Source: a virus. From it: a stretch of DNA of 64,000 nt. Of this stretch, positions 16,126 through 25,305 are shown one piece after another. A program made the position numbers and the translations under genes. The number at the start of each line of letters is the position of its first letter. Positions within the stretch are counted from its first letter, which is position 1. A model generated the notes under the pieces. The model worked only from the letters and a program-made list of their open reading frames with translations, ran no database searches and was not told the origin of the DNA. The stretch covers positions 1 through 64,000 of the IMG/VR virus record IMGVR_UViG_3300025913_000030. One strand, 5' to 3'.

Positions 16126-17157
16126 GTGTTCTGCGCCATTTCCGAGGCGCCGCTCAAGGCGCCGCGCACTGTCATCGGCTTCACCTCCCTCGGCCCCGTC
16201 TACGCCCTCGCGGGCGGCGCACGCGACGTGATGGACGCGTGGATCCCCGAGGAGTTCGACTCGCAGGTCATCATGCGGGTCAACCAGATCAGCGGCGTCG
16301 AGGCCCTCGGCTCGCCGGTCCCCATGAACTCCGACACCCGCTCCGTCCCGCGCTCCGCGGGCATCGGCGTCGACCTGGTCGCCAAGGGCGGCACCTACGC
16401 CGAGGACGTCTCCACCAACGACGCCGTCGTCCTGACCGCGCAGAAGTTCGGCAAGGCCGTCCGGATCGCGGAAGAGGACATCGACGACGCGATCGCCGAC
16501 GTCATCGCGACCAAGCAGAAGGACTGGGCGACCAGCTACGGCAAGGCGTTCGACAACGCCTGCCTCGCGATCACCGCCGCGCCCGGTGCCAACGTCCCGT
16601 TCGCCTCGGTGTACTACTCGCTGACCCAGAGCGACAGCGCGACCGGCTACACCGCGAACAGCAACCTGGTGCAGACCGGGACCGGCGGCACCACGTACAC
16701 CACGCTGTCGACCGCTCTGTCCAAGGTCGAGCAGGGCAACTACTTCGACATCTCGGAGATGGTGTGCATCGCGCACCCCACCTACCGCAACCTGCTGCGC
16801 GGCATCAAGGACAACAACGGCCGGCCGATCTTCCAGGAGAGCAACGCCGGATTCCCGGGCGGCGGCACCGCGTCCTCGCCGGACACGATCTTCGGCATCC
16901 AGATCCACTGGTCGCTCGGCGCGCGCACCTCGGGCGTCGTCAACTCGGCGCCGACCGGCAACGGCCTGCTGATCTTCGCCAACCGCAACTACATGATCGT
17001 CGGCCGGCGCTCGGGCCCCGAGTCCGTGTTCATCGACGGTCGCAACGGTCTCGCGGCCCTGACCGACGAGTCGATCCTCAAGATGCGCGCCCGGCGCGCG
17101 TTCGCGGTCGGCCACGAGATGGCCTTCTCGGTGCACGAGGACACCACCGGCGTCTGA
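16126..17157 (+). CDS. Major capsid protein (HK97 fold)
   Basis: WIPEEF, IKDNNGRPIF, TIFGIQI and LKMRARRAFAV motifs; genomic position. Alternative start at 16084. Confidence 0.9.
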   Translation: MFCAISEAPLKAPRTVIGFTSLGPVYALAGGARDVMDAWIPEEFDSQVIMRVNQISGVEALGSPVPMNSDTRSVPRSAGIGVDLVAKGGTYAEDVSTNDAVVLTAQKFGKAVRIAEEDIDDAIADVIATKQKDWATSYGKAFDNACLAITAAPGANVPFASVYYSLTQSDSATGYTANSNLVQTGTGGTTYTTLSTALSKVEQGNYFDISEMVCIAHPTYRNLLRGIKDNNGRPIFQESNAGFPGGGTASSPDTIFGIQIHWSLGARTSGVVNSAPTGNGLLIFANRNYMIVGRRSGPESVFIDGRNGLAALTDESILKMRARRAFAVGHEMAFSVHEDTTGV

Positions 17158-17171
17158 TCCGCCCCCTGATC

Positions 17172-17207
17172 GAGGCCGGCGCGTACTGGGACGGGCGCGC
17201 CGGCCTC
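17172..17207 (+). terminator. Hairpin after the capsid gene
   Basis: GAGGCCGGCGCG...CGCGCCGGCCTC stem. Confidence 0.5.
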
Positions 17208-17237
17208 ACAGCAGACCCCTGACTGAAAGAAGCACCC

Positions 17238-17711
17238 GTGAGCGAGCAGCACCCTGCCCTGGACGGCGACATCGAAGCCGAGATCGCCCGCCGGTCCCCG
17301 GACGGCGGCGAGGGCCACCACTGGCTGCGCGAGCTGGTGCACCGGATCCTGCCGGGCCACCACTTCGACCCGGACACGATGGACCACACCGCGAACCTCG
17401 CGGGCGCGGCCCAGGCCGCGATCCAGGCCGGTGTGCACCCGAAGGGGCTTCCGTTCTTCGCCGGTTGCCGCCCGCACGAGAGCGCCCCGGACAACGTCGT
17501 GCTCACCTACGCCGTGCCGGTCGTGCCCTCGATCACGGACAACGAACCGGCGAGCACCGTCACCCCGACGATGATCACGCTCGCCGCCCAGGCGCCGCAG
17601 GCGCCTGACGAGACGGAACTGACAGCCGATCCCGTCCTGGTTCCCGCAGCCGAGCAGACCGCTGAGCCTGCATCCGCTGCGGAGCCGGAAGCACAGCCCG
17701 AAACCACCTGA
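17238..17711 (+). CDS. Hypothetical head-region protein
   Basis: ORF between the capsid and fibre genes. Confidence 0.6.
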   Translation: MSEQHPALDGDIEAEIARRSPDGGEGHHWLRELVHRILPGHHFDPDTMDHTANLAGAAQAAIQAGVHPKGLPFFAGCRPHESAPDNVVLTYAVPVVPSITDNEPASTVTPTMITLAAQAPQAPDETELTADPVLVPAAEQTAEPASAAEPEAQPETT

Positions 17712-17739
17712 GCAACCACATCCACGGGAAGGCGGGACG

Positions 17740-20700
17740 GTGACCGCGAACGGCGTCACCGGGGGCGACCCGACTAAGGTCAGCACGACCGGCGGCACCG
17801 TGACCGGCACGCTTGACCTCGCCGCGGCGTCCAACCCGTTGCAGATCCCTCACGGCGCACAGGCCGGCTACGTCTGGACCGACACCGACGGCTCCGGCAA
17901 CGGCGCCTGGCAGCCGTCACCCGGCGGCACGCCCGCCACCACCGTCCAGGCCGGAACCTCGTACGGGACGGCCAGCGCGGTCGGAACCCTCGGCTCCTTC
18001 GCCCGGGAAGACCACCAGCACGGAACACCGGGCCTCACCTCGGTCGCCCCCGCGACGACACTCGGCATCGGCACCGCGGCGGCAGCGGGGACCGCGACCT
18101 TGCCGGCTCGAGCTGACCACGTCCATCCGACAGCGGCGGCTGGCGTGCCCGGCTCATCGGCGGTCGGGGATGTGGCAGCAACCGGCAGCGCGAGCACCTT
18201 CGCGGCCAGCGACCACAAGCACGGGCGCGAGTCATTTGGTGCGGTCGCTGGTCAGACCGTTTACGGCGCCGCGTCCGCGAACGGTGTCGCAGCCACGCTC
18301 GCGCGCAGCGACCACACCCACGGCACGCCGTCCCTGACGACTACCGCGCCTGCGACGACGCTCGGCATCGGAACCGCTGCGGCGCTTGGTACGGCTACTC
18401 TTCCCGCGCTCGCCGATCACGTCCACCCGATGGCCGCAGCCGGGGCACCGGCCGCCTCCGCCGTCGGCGACGCGGGCGTGACCGGGGTCGCGGTCACCTT
18501 CGCGGCCAGCGACCACAAGCACGCACGGGAGGCCTTCGGCGCACCCGGCAATTCGGCGGTCGGAGACGCCTCGGCGGCAGGTGTCGCGGTCAGCATCGCC
18601 CGATCCGACCACACCCACGGACGCGAGTCCTTCGGCCCCGCCCCTGCCACCACCCTGGGCATCGGCCAGGCCGCTGTCGCGGGCACTGCGGCGACCCCTG
18701 CGCGCTCCGACCACGCCCACCCCCTGGCGGCGGCCGGCGCTCCCGCCTCCTCCGCGGTGGGCGACACCGGAGTGACGGGAGTCGCGGTCACTTTCGCGGC
18801 CAGCGACCACAAGCACGCACGGGAGTCTTTCGGTACGCCGGGTGCGTCAGCCGTTGGCGACGCGGCAGGAGCCGGCGTAGCGACCTCTGTCGCCCGATCC
18901 GATCACACCCACGGACGCGAGGCCTTCGGCAACGTCACCGCACTGGCCGCGTTCGGCACCGCGAGCAGCAACGGCACCGCGGCCACCGTCGCGCACAGCG
19001 ACCACGTTCACGGCGCGCCCTCGCTTCCCACCGGAAACACCTCCACCGCGGGCATCGTCCAGATCGACAACACGGCCGCCGACTACCAGCCCCTCGGCCC
19101 GGCCGCCCCCGGGTCCATCGGCAAGGTCGCTGACGCCGGCCACGTCCACCCGATGCAGCCGCACATCTTCCCGGTCAGCGCCTACGGCGCCAAGGGCGAC
19201 GGACAGCTGGACAACACCGGGTCGATGACCAGCGGCTCGGGCGCGCTCACCCTGACCAACGCGAAGTTCGCCGCGGGCGACGTCGGCAAGCTCATCGCGG
19301 TCAAGGGAGCCAAGAGCACCGGGGACACCAGCCTGGTCGGCACGATCACTGCGTTCACCAGCAGCACCCAGGTGACGGTGTCCGTCAACGCCACGGCCAC
19401 GGTCACCGGAGCCCAGGTGATGTGGGCCACCGACGACACGTCCGCGATCCAGTCCGCGATCGCCGCCGCGAACTCCTACGCCGTCACCCACAACCTCGCC
19501 GAGATCTACTTCCCGCTGCCCGCAGGCCTGTTCTACGGCGTCGGCGGCGCGCTGAAGAACTCCGACGGGACCAACTCGGTCTTCAACAGCCAACTGACCG
19601 TCCCCGTCAACTCCGAGCAGAACAACGGCGTCACGCTCGTCTTCCGCGGCGCCGGAGACTCCGGCCAGACCAGGTACTGGAACTCCGACTACCCCGTGTG
19701 GTCCGGCAGCGCGATCCAGTCCTTCGGCGTCTTCACCACCGCGCTCAACCAGTCCAACAACATCGCCGCGGGCGGCAACCCGAGTGTCCTGGGAGGACCG
19801 ACCGGGAAGTTCAACTACGGCGTCCTGCAGGGTGCCAACACGACGCCGACGTACTCGAACACCGCCCTCGTTCTGCAGGACATCACGATCCTGACGACGC
19901 ACTCCGCTTCCGGCTGGACGTACTCGGCCGTGAACGCGTTCGGGGTGGCGCGGTTCCACGCGAGGAATTTCTGCTACGGCACCAACGGCGTGGTCCAGTT
20001 CTACAAGAACTCCCCCGGACTCGGGGACTACTCCACCGTCTCCACCCTCTCCGGCGGCCTGTCCATCGGTGTGTTGATGCCGAGCAACGGCAACAACGCG
20101 TCGAACTACCTGCAGAACGTCGTGTGCAATGGCGGGTACACCTACGCGTTGTACGCGACCGAGCACACGGTCGGCAACGACGTCACGCTCCTGTACTCCT
20201 GGAGCGGCCTGTGCCCGGTCGGCAACTACTCGGACTCCGCCTCGGGCGGCGCCGTCTCCGCGCTACATGCCATGTACTTCGACCAGATCTGCGTGGAGTC
20301 ATGCACATACCACCTCAACATCATCGGTACCGGGCAGTCCGCCACCGGACCGATCATTCATGCGGTGCTGGACACCGAGGGCACGGTGCAGTTCCGCGAC
20401 GCGCAGTCGGCCGGCGCGAACACGGGCGCAGGCCTGGCCGCTGCTCTCGGTGAGATCAGGCTCGTCGGCTCGCCGTCGACCATCACGATCCAGACCGGTA
20501 CGGGCGCGGGAGGCCTGGGCACGGGGCTGCGCATCATCAAGGAGCAGAACCTGCCCGGCGTGCCGAGCTCCGGTATTCCGGCGTTGGTCGACGGGACGGC
20601 GGTATGCAACACGTTGTGGCGCCCGGCGACGGTCTACCTCTCCGGTGGCACCAACGTCACGACGGTGGCCGTCTCCCGTCTCGCGGGCGGCGTGAACACC

Positions 20701-20838
20701 GTTGCCGTGAGCAACGTCATCAGCCAGGCCGCCGGTCCGATCCCCGCGAACACACCGGTCAGGTTGGGCCCAGGCCAGTGGATCAAGGTGACGACCTCGG
20801 CGGGCACGCTCCCCACCGCCGTCTGGGTCCTGGACTAA
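17740..20838 (+). CDS. Fibre/spike protein with DHxH repeats and a pectate-lyase-like beta-helix
   Basis: 12 (D/G)HxH repeats in an Ala/Thr/Gly-rich stalk, then VSAYGAKGDG...DDTSAIQSAI...IYFP. Confidence 0.75.
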   Translation: MTANGVTGGDPTKVSTTGGTVTGTLDLAAASNPLQIPHGAQAGYVWTDTDGSGNGAWQPSPGGTPATTVQAGTSYGTASAVGTLGSFAREDHQHGTPGLTSVAPATTLGIGTAAAAGTATLPARADHVHPTAAAGVPGSSAVGDVAATGSASTFAASDHKHGRESFGAVAGQTVYGAASANGVAATLARSDHTHGTPSLTTTAPATTLGIGTAAALGTATLPALADHVHPMAAAGAPAASAVGDAGVTGVAVTFAASDHKHAREAFGAPGNSAVGDASAAGVAVSIARSDHTHGRESFGPAPATTLGIGQAAVAGTAATPARSDHAHPLAAAGAPASSAVGDTGVTGVAVTFAASDHKHARESFGTPGASAVGDAAGAGVATSVARSDHTHGREAFGNVTALAAFGTASSNGTAATVAHSDHVHGAPSLPTGNTSTAGIVQIDNTAADYQPLGPAAPGSIGKVADAGHVHPMQPHIFPVSAYGAKGDGQLDNTGSMTSGSGALTLTNAKFAAGDVGKLIAVKGAKSTGDTSLVGTITAFTSSTQVTVSVNATATVTGAQVMWATDDTSAIQSAIAAANSYAVTHNLAEIYFPLPAGLFYGVGGALKNSDGTNSVFNSQLTVPVNSEQNNGVTLVFRGAGDSGQTRYWNSDYPVWSGSAIQSFGVFTTALNQSNNIAAGGNPSVLGGPTGKFNYGVLQGANTTPTYSNTALVLQDITILTTHSASGWTYSAVNAFGVARFHARNFCYGTNGVVQFYKNSPGLGDYSTVSTLSGGLSIGVLMPSNGNNASNYLQNVVCNGGYTYALYATEHTVGNDVTLLYSWSGLCPVGNYSDSASGGAVSALHAMYFDQICVESCTYHLNIIGTGQSATGPIIHAVLDTEGTVQFRDAQSAGANTGAGLAAALGEIRLVGSPSTITIQTGTGAGGLGTGLRIIKEQNLPGVPSSGIPALVDGTAVCNTLWRPATVYLSGGTNVTTVAVSRLAGGVNTVAVSNVISQAAGPIPANTPVRLGPGQWIKVTTSAGTLPTAVWVLD

Positions 20839-20848
20839 GGCGGCTGAC

Positions 20849-21691
20849 ATGACCACTTACTACCAGGGCAAGACCGCGACCCTCGAATCCTCGTGGAGCC
20901 AGTACGGGGGCGGTCCGCCGGCCGATGTGTACAACCCGACGATCACGATCGAGTCAGCCGGTACCGGTTCCATCGTCCTCGGTCCGACCTCGTCCGGGAT
21001 TCTGCACCTGGCCACCGGCCTGTACTCGTACCAGTGGGCGATCTCGGCCTCCCAGGCGGCCGGTGACTACGCCGTCATCTGGAACGCGAGCACCGCCGCG
21101 ACCGGCGGCTCACCGCTACAGGCCAGTGAGATCGTCACCGTCTCGGCGATCGCGTCGACCATGTTCTCCACCTGGTGCGACGTCACGATCCCGCAAACGC
21201 TGTTGTCAATTGGTGCTGTCGAGGCTGTCGACCCGGTCGACTACGTGCTCGCGGTGACCGGCACGACCTACACCACGGGCCAGATCATGTCGGCGCAGCA
21301 GGTCCTGAACCTGCACACCAACTACACGCCCGAGGTCTCCGGCGCGAACATGCAGCCGCAGGACCTGTTCTGGCTGCGCTACGCCCTGGCGTATCAGACC
21401 GCATGGATGGCCAGCCAGCCGGGGCTGTTCGCCCGCAACGCGGTCGAGGAGGTGAGCCAGGACGGTGTGGGCGCGAAGTACGTGGACGAGAACGCGTTGA
21501 CGCTCAGTCCGCTCGCCCGGCGCAGCATCAAGCAGTTGTCCTGGAAGAAGTCCCGCTCGCTGCGCGTGCGCACGCCGTTCATCGACGACCAGACGCCGCT
21601 GTCCTCCGACCCGGACTCCGAGGCCAACGACCTGTACGAGCGTTGGGTGGACATGTACTCGTTCGGCGGCCGGTCCTCGACCGTGCCGTGA
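20849..21691 (+). CDS. Head-tail connector-like virion protein
   Basis: Beta-rich N-terminal domain; LRYALAYQTAWM...LSPLARRSIKQL adaptor-like C-terminal domain. Confidence 0.6.
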   Translation: MTTYYQGKTATLESSWSQYGGGPPADVYNPTITIESAGTGSIVLGPTSSGILHLATGLYSYQWAISASQAAGDYAVIWNASTAATGGSPLQASEIVTVSAIASTMFSTWCDVTIPQTLLSIGAVEAVDPVDYVLAVTGTTYTTGQIMSAQQVLNLHTNYTPEVSGANMQPQDLFWLRYALAYQTAWMASQPGLFARNAVEEVSQDGVGAKYVDENALTLSPLARRSIKQLSWKKSRSLRVRTPFIDDQTPLSSDPDSEANDLYERWVDMYSFGGRSSTVP

Positions 21692-21754
21692 TCAAGGGCC
21701 TAGTACACGACCTAGTACAGCCTCGATGAGACCTAGATGACGGGAGGAGGAGCG

Positions 21755-22192
21755 GTGGCCGGCAAGAAGCAGCTGCTCTCCAGCAAGTCCGCGGACCAGC
21801 TCGCGGCGCGGCAATACGTCTACGACCAGCTCCTCGACGACTACCCGCCGAAGGCCGTGAACTGGGTCAAGACGGTGCAGTGGGACGGCCCGAAGGTCGT
21901 GCCGCTCTCAGACCTCGACTTCTCCAACGCGGACAGCTGGAACGCGACGGGTGAGCCGGCCAAGGTCGCCAAGTTCGCGGACAAGATCAGCGCCGGACAG
22001 CTCAAGCCGATCCTGGTCGTGCAGAAGCCGGGCAACGACAAACTCGTCATCATCGACGGGCACCACCGCTCGCTGGCGTACAAGAAGCTCGACCGCGACC
22101 CGCTCGCCTGGGTCGGCACCGTTCCCGCCGGAACCGGTCCCTGGGACGAGATGCACGCGAGCCAGCACAGCAGCATCGGGAAGAAGTCCTGA
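21755..22192 (+). CDS. ParB/Srx N-terminal-domain protein
   Basis: PILVV...IIDGHHR motif with no HTH; GGAGGAGG RBS. Confidence 0.75.
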   Translation: MAGKKQLLSSKSADQLAARQYVYDQLLDDYPPKAVNWVKTVQWDGPKVVPLSDLDFSNADSWNATGEPAKVAKFADKISAGQLKPILVVQKPGNDKLVIIDGHHRSLAYKKLDRDPLAWVGTVPAGTGPWDEMHASQHSSIGKKS

Positions 22193-22521
22193 TGATCGCC
22201 ATGGCGACGACCACCGTGTCGGTACTCCGCGGCACGGCCACGACCGAATTCGGGGACACCGTCGCGTCCCTGACGCCCTATCTGACCGGCATCCCGGCCT
22301 CGCTGATCGAGAAGACGCGGACCGGGATCAGCCAGAGCGACCAGTCGTTCCGCGTGTACCGGTACGTCGTCGCGCGCCTGCCTTACGGCACGGACGTCAG
22401 GGACACCGACCAGATCAAGGACGAGAGCACCGGCACCGTCTACTCGATCGCCTCGGTCAGCGTCAACGCGAACCCCGTCGTCCAGCAGGACCTGCGGCTG
22501 GATCTGCAGAGGACGAACTAA
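22192..22521 (+). CDS. Head closure/stopper protein
   Basis: Size, position and GTDVRDTDQIKDE pattern. Confidence 0.6.
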   Translation: MIAMATTTVSVLRGTATTEFGDTVASLTPYLTGIPASLIEKTRTGISQSDQSFRVYRYVVARLPYGTDVRDTDQIKDESTGTVYSIASVSVNANPVVQQDLRLDLQRTN

Positions 22522-22532
22522 ACCGCTATCCT

Positions 22533-22570
22533 CTTATGACAAGACATTACTAGTAATCACTTGTCATAAG
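22533..22570. repeat. AT-rich 38-bp near-perfect palindrome
   Basis: CTTATGACAAG-AC-ATTACTAGTAAT-CA-CTTGTCATAAG. Confidence 0.85.
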
Positions 22571-22580
22571 GAGCACAGCG

Positions 22581-22796
22581 ATGAGCGCTAGCAACGGCGT
22601 CCAGCCCGGCAGCTCCGGCCGTCTCCTGCGCGGCCAGGGCAAGATCGGCGGCGCCCAGGAGGCCGGCGACCGTCCGGCCGTGCACTCCGACCCGCACGGG
22701 CCCTACGTGGGCCGCGGCGGCAACCGCTACTGCGTCGGCTCCGAGTCCGGTTCCGTCGCCCCGCGCGACGGCCAGATGACCCAGCTCGAGGCCTGA
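22581..22796 (+). CDS. Small Gly-rich hypothetical protein
   Basis: AAGGAG RBS. Confidence 0.55.
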   Translation: MSASNGVQPGSSGRLLRGQGKIGGAQEAGDRPAVHSDPHGPYVGRGGNRYCVGSESGSVAPRDGQMTQLEA

Positions 22797-22890
22797 CACC
22801 CACCGCCTCGAACGCCGCCTGACGAGGGGTAGACCCGGATCTTCCGGCGCGACAACTTCACGACCCGCTACCTCGTAGAGAGACGGCGAC

Positions 22891-23238
22891 ATGGCACGCG
22901 TCGAGTTGAGCGACGGCTGGGAGGGCAACCTCCAGGCCGGAATCAACGCTCTGCTCGACAAGATCGCCGTCGACATCGAGGCGGACGCCAAGGCCATCTG
23001 CCCGGTCGACACCGGGGACCTGAAGGCCTCGATCGGGCACGAGGTGCGCGAAAACGAGGCCCGCATCGGCAGCAACCTCGACTACGCCGCCGCGGTCGAG
23101 ATGGGCTTCCACGGCACCGAGCACGTGCGCGCCTACGAGCGCGCGGACGGAACCCGGGTGCGGGCACACGAGCGGCACGCGAACCAGCCCTCCGAGCCCT
23201 ACCTTCGCCCGGCACTCTACCGCCGCCGGAGCGGCTGA
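22891..23238 (+). CDS. HK97 gp10-like neck protein
   Basis: AKAICPVDTGDLKASI, YAAAVEMG and PYLRPAL motifs. Confidence 0.85.
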   Translation: MARVELSDGWEGNLQAGINALLDKIAVDIEADAKAICPVDTGDLKASIGHEVRENEARIGSNLDYAAAVEMGFHGTEHVRAYERADGTRVRAHERHANQPSEPYLRPALYRRRSG

Positions 23239-23531
23239 TGCCCCGATTCCTCTCCCACGTCCTGGGCCTCGACAACTTGTCAGGACCCTGGTACGGCTTC
23301 TGGTCCGGATTCGGCTCGGACATCGGCGAACTGGCAATCGTCGGCGGACTGCTGGCCACTGTGCGCAGGCACAACTGCCACATGCACGGCTGCTGGCGCA
23401 TCGGGCACCACCCGACGACCGTCAACGGGGTCGAATTCGTCGTCTGCCGCAAGCACCATCCGAAGTCTCCGGACCGGCTGACCGCAGCGCACATCGCGGA
23501 CGCCGCCTCGAACGAGGCGAGCGCGCCGTGA
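23238..23531 (+). CDS. Small membrane/Cys-His protein
   Basis: Coupled to both neighbours; CHMHGC...CRKHH. Confidence 0.55.
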   Translation: MPRFLSHVLGLDNLSGPWYGFWSGFGSDIGELAIVGGLLATVRRHNCHMHGCWRIGHHPTTVNGVEFVVCRKHHPKSPDRLTAAHIADAASNEASAP

Positions 23532-23998
23532 CCACGACCAAGTACGCGAACACAGACCTCGCCGCGACCGCCTGGATCGGCTCCCTGCCGGGCCTGACCC
23601 CCGGCATGGTCGCCACCGCATTGCCCGAGCCCGATGAGGCCACCGGGAACCTGTCCTGGGCGGCGAGCGGCTTCGTCACCGTGCGCACCGTCGGCGGCAC
23701 GCCCGAGATGTACGTCCCGTTGCGCGAACCGGTCGTCTCCGTGGACTGCTACGCCGCACCGCCGCCCGGCACCAACAAGGCTCCCTGGGCGCAAGCCAAC
23801 AACCTCGCCGAGATGATCGTCACCGCCTGCCAGAACACCGCGAACTTCGGCGCGACCCTCGCCGGCCCGGCCGGCTACCCGAACATGCGCGTCCTGCAAG
23901 CCCATGCGCTGCAGGAACCGCGCCGCATCTTCGGCGACAAGTCCTTCTACGCCCATTACCAGTTCGACCTGCAGATGTATTGGACCCAGCTGCCATGA
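23528..23998 (+). CDS. Tail terminator
   Basis: Position; REPVVSVDCYA...AHYQFDLQMYW. Confidence 0.65.
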   Translation: MTTTKYANTDLAATAWIGSLPGLTPGMVATALPEPDEATGNLSWAASGFVTVRTVGGTPEMYVPLREPVVSVDCYAAPPPGTNKAPWAQANNLAEMIVTACQNTANFGATLAGPAGYPNMRVLQAHALQEPRRIFGDKSFYAHYQFDLQMYWTQLP

Positions 23999-24222
23999 AC
24001 GGGAACTGCTACGCGATCCACGGCGAAGCCAGCGGCAGCCCGCTGACCTACGGCGGCCGGGTCATCACGCACAACAGCCGGGAGGAGATGGAGTTCCTCT
24101 TCCCCGGCGCGCGCATCGTCGAGATCGGCTCCCTCATCCCGCCGCAGGACCGCATCGCGCTGTCCCAGCACCCGGACATGGCCGCCGTCTCCTTCCCGCT
24201 GCGCCGAGAGGACTTCCGCTGA
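23995..24222 (+). CDS. Hypothetical protein
   Basis: ATGA overlap. Confidence 0.55.
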   Translation: MNGNCYAIHGEASGSPLTYGGRVITHNSREEMEFLFPGARIVEIGSLIPPQDRIALSQHPDMAAVSFPLRREDFR

Positions 24223-24482
24223 TGGGCGAGCCTCTGCGCACCGTCTACGTCCGGATGACCCCGGCCGTGCCGCATCTGGTCGACGAGGAGGAATACCTCG
24301 ACCTGCAGCGGCAGGGCCTGCTGATTCCCGGACTGGGCGACGTGCCCGCCGATCCCCCGGCCGTGCCGACCCCGGCCACACAGACCGTCCCCCCAACCTC
24401 GACCGAAAAGGAGGTGCCGGATGGCAGCGCCGAAGAAGAGCCCGAAGCTCACCGCGGCCACGACCCGCAAGCTCCCGCCTAG
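24222..24482 (+). CDS. Hypothetical protein
   Basis: TGATG overlap; VDEEEYLDLQRQGLL. Confidence 0.5.
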   Translation: MGEPLRTVYVRMTPAVPHLVDEEEYLDLQRQGLLIPGLGDVPADPPAVPTPATQTVPPTSTEKEVPDGSAEEEPEAHRGHDPQAPA

Positions 24483-24690
24483 CTCCTTCGCCCTGCCGGG
24501 CAAGGGCAACGCCACGGTCAAGGGCGCCAAGGGGGCGTACCCGATGGACACCCCCGGCCGCGCCCGCGACGCCCTCGGGCGCGCCAAGGCGAACGCGACC
24601 CCTGCCCAGCAGGCCACGATCCGCAGCCGGGTGGCGAAGAAGTACGCCGCCATCAAGGTGTCCACTCCGAACAAGAAGGCAGCACGCTGA
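24421..24690 (+). CDS. Small basic protein
   Basis: AAGGAGG RBS; RKLPPSSFALPG...YPMDTPGRARDAL. Confidence 0.6.
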   Translation: MAAPKKSPKLTAATTRKLPPSSFALPGKGNATVKGAKGAYPMDTPGRARDALGRAKANATPAQQATIRSRVAKKYAAIKVSTPNKKAAR

Positions 24691-24691
24691 C

Positions 24692-25267
24692 ATGACCGTC
24701 ACCACGACCAACCTGGTGCTCGGGCCCGCCACCCTCTACACCGGCCTGTTCGGCGCCGTCGAGCCGCTCGACGCCAGCGTCAACTCCGCTCCCGGCGCCT
24801 CCGCCTGGACCGACATCGGCGGCACGCTCGGCGGCGTCACCGTCTCCATCGACCAGACCTACACCGAGCTGCAGGTCGACCAGCTCGTCGACTCCGTCGG
24901 CCGGCGCCTGACCAAGCGCGAGTTCACCGTCGCCACACAGATGGCGGAGGCGACACTCAACAACCTGTCGGTCTCGCTCAACGGCTCGACCGCGACCTCG
25001 GGCGCGACCCAGAACGGCGGCACCTACTCCACCCTGGAGCCGCTGTTCGCCACCTCGGCGACGCAGCCCACGTACATCGCTCTGCTCGCGGACGGTTTCA
25101 GTCCCAACCAGCTGCGGCGTAGATCGATCTTCCGCAAGTGCCTGTCCACGGCGAAGGTCGACACGGTCAACGCCAAGGACAAGCAGACCGCGTTCACGGT
25201 GACCTTCAACGGCCACTACGTCTCCCCCTCCATCGCGCCGATCCACGTCGTCGACCAGACGAGCTGA
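24692..25267 (+). CDS. Major tail tube protein
   Basis: NLVLGPATLY, WTDIGGTLGGV and VDQLVD motifs; upstream of the chaperones and tape measure. Confidence 0.85.
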   Translation: MTVTTTNLVLGPATLYTGLFGAVEPLDASVNSAPGASAWTDIGGTLGGVTVSIDQTYTELQVDQLVDSVGRRLTKREFTVATQMAEATLNNLSVSLNGSTATSGATQNGGTYSTLEPLFATSATQPTYIALLADGFSPNQLRRRSIFRKCLSTAKVDTVNAKDKQTAFTVTFNGHYVSPSIAPIHVVDQTS

Positions 25268-25305
25268 CCGGCGCTTCCTCCCGTCCCGAAGGAAGAACCC
25301 TGACC

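Noticed and set aside
21755-22192. Plasmid-prophage partition system
   Set aside because: Only the ParB N-terminal domain is present, with no HTH and no parA, and it is embedded among neck genes.
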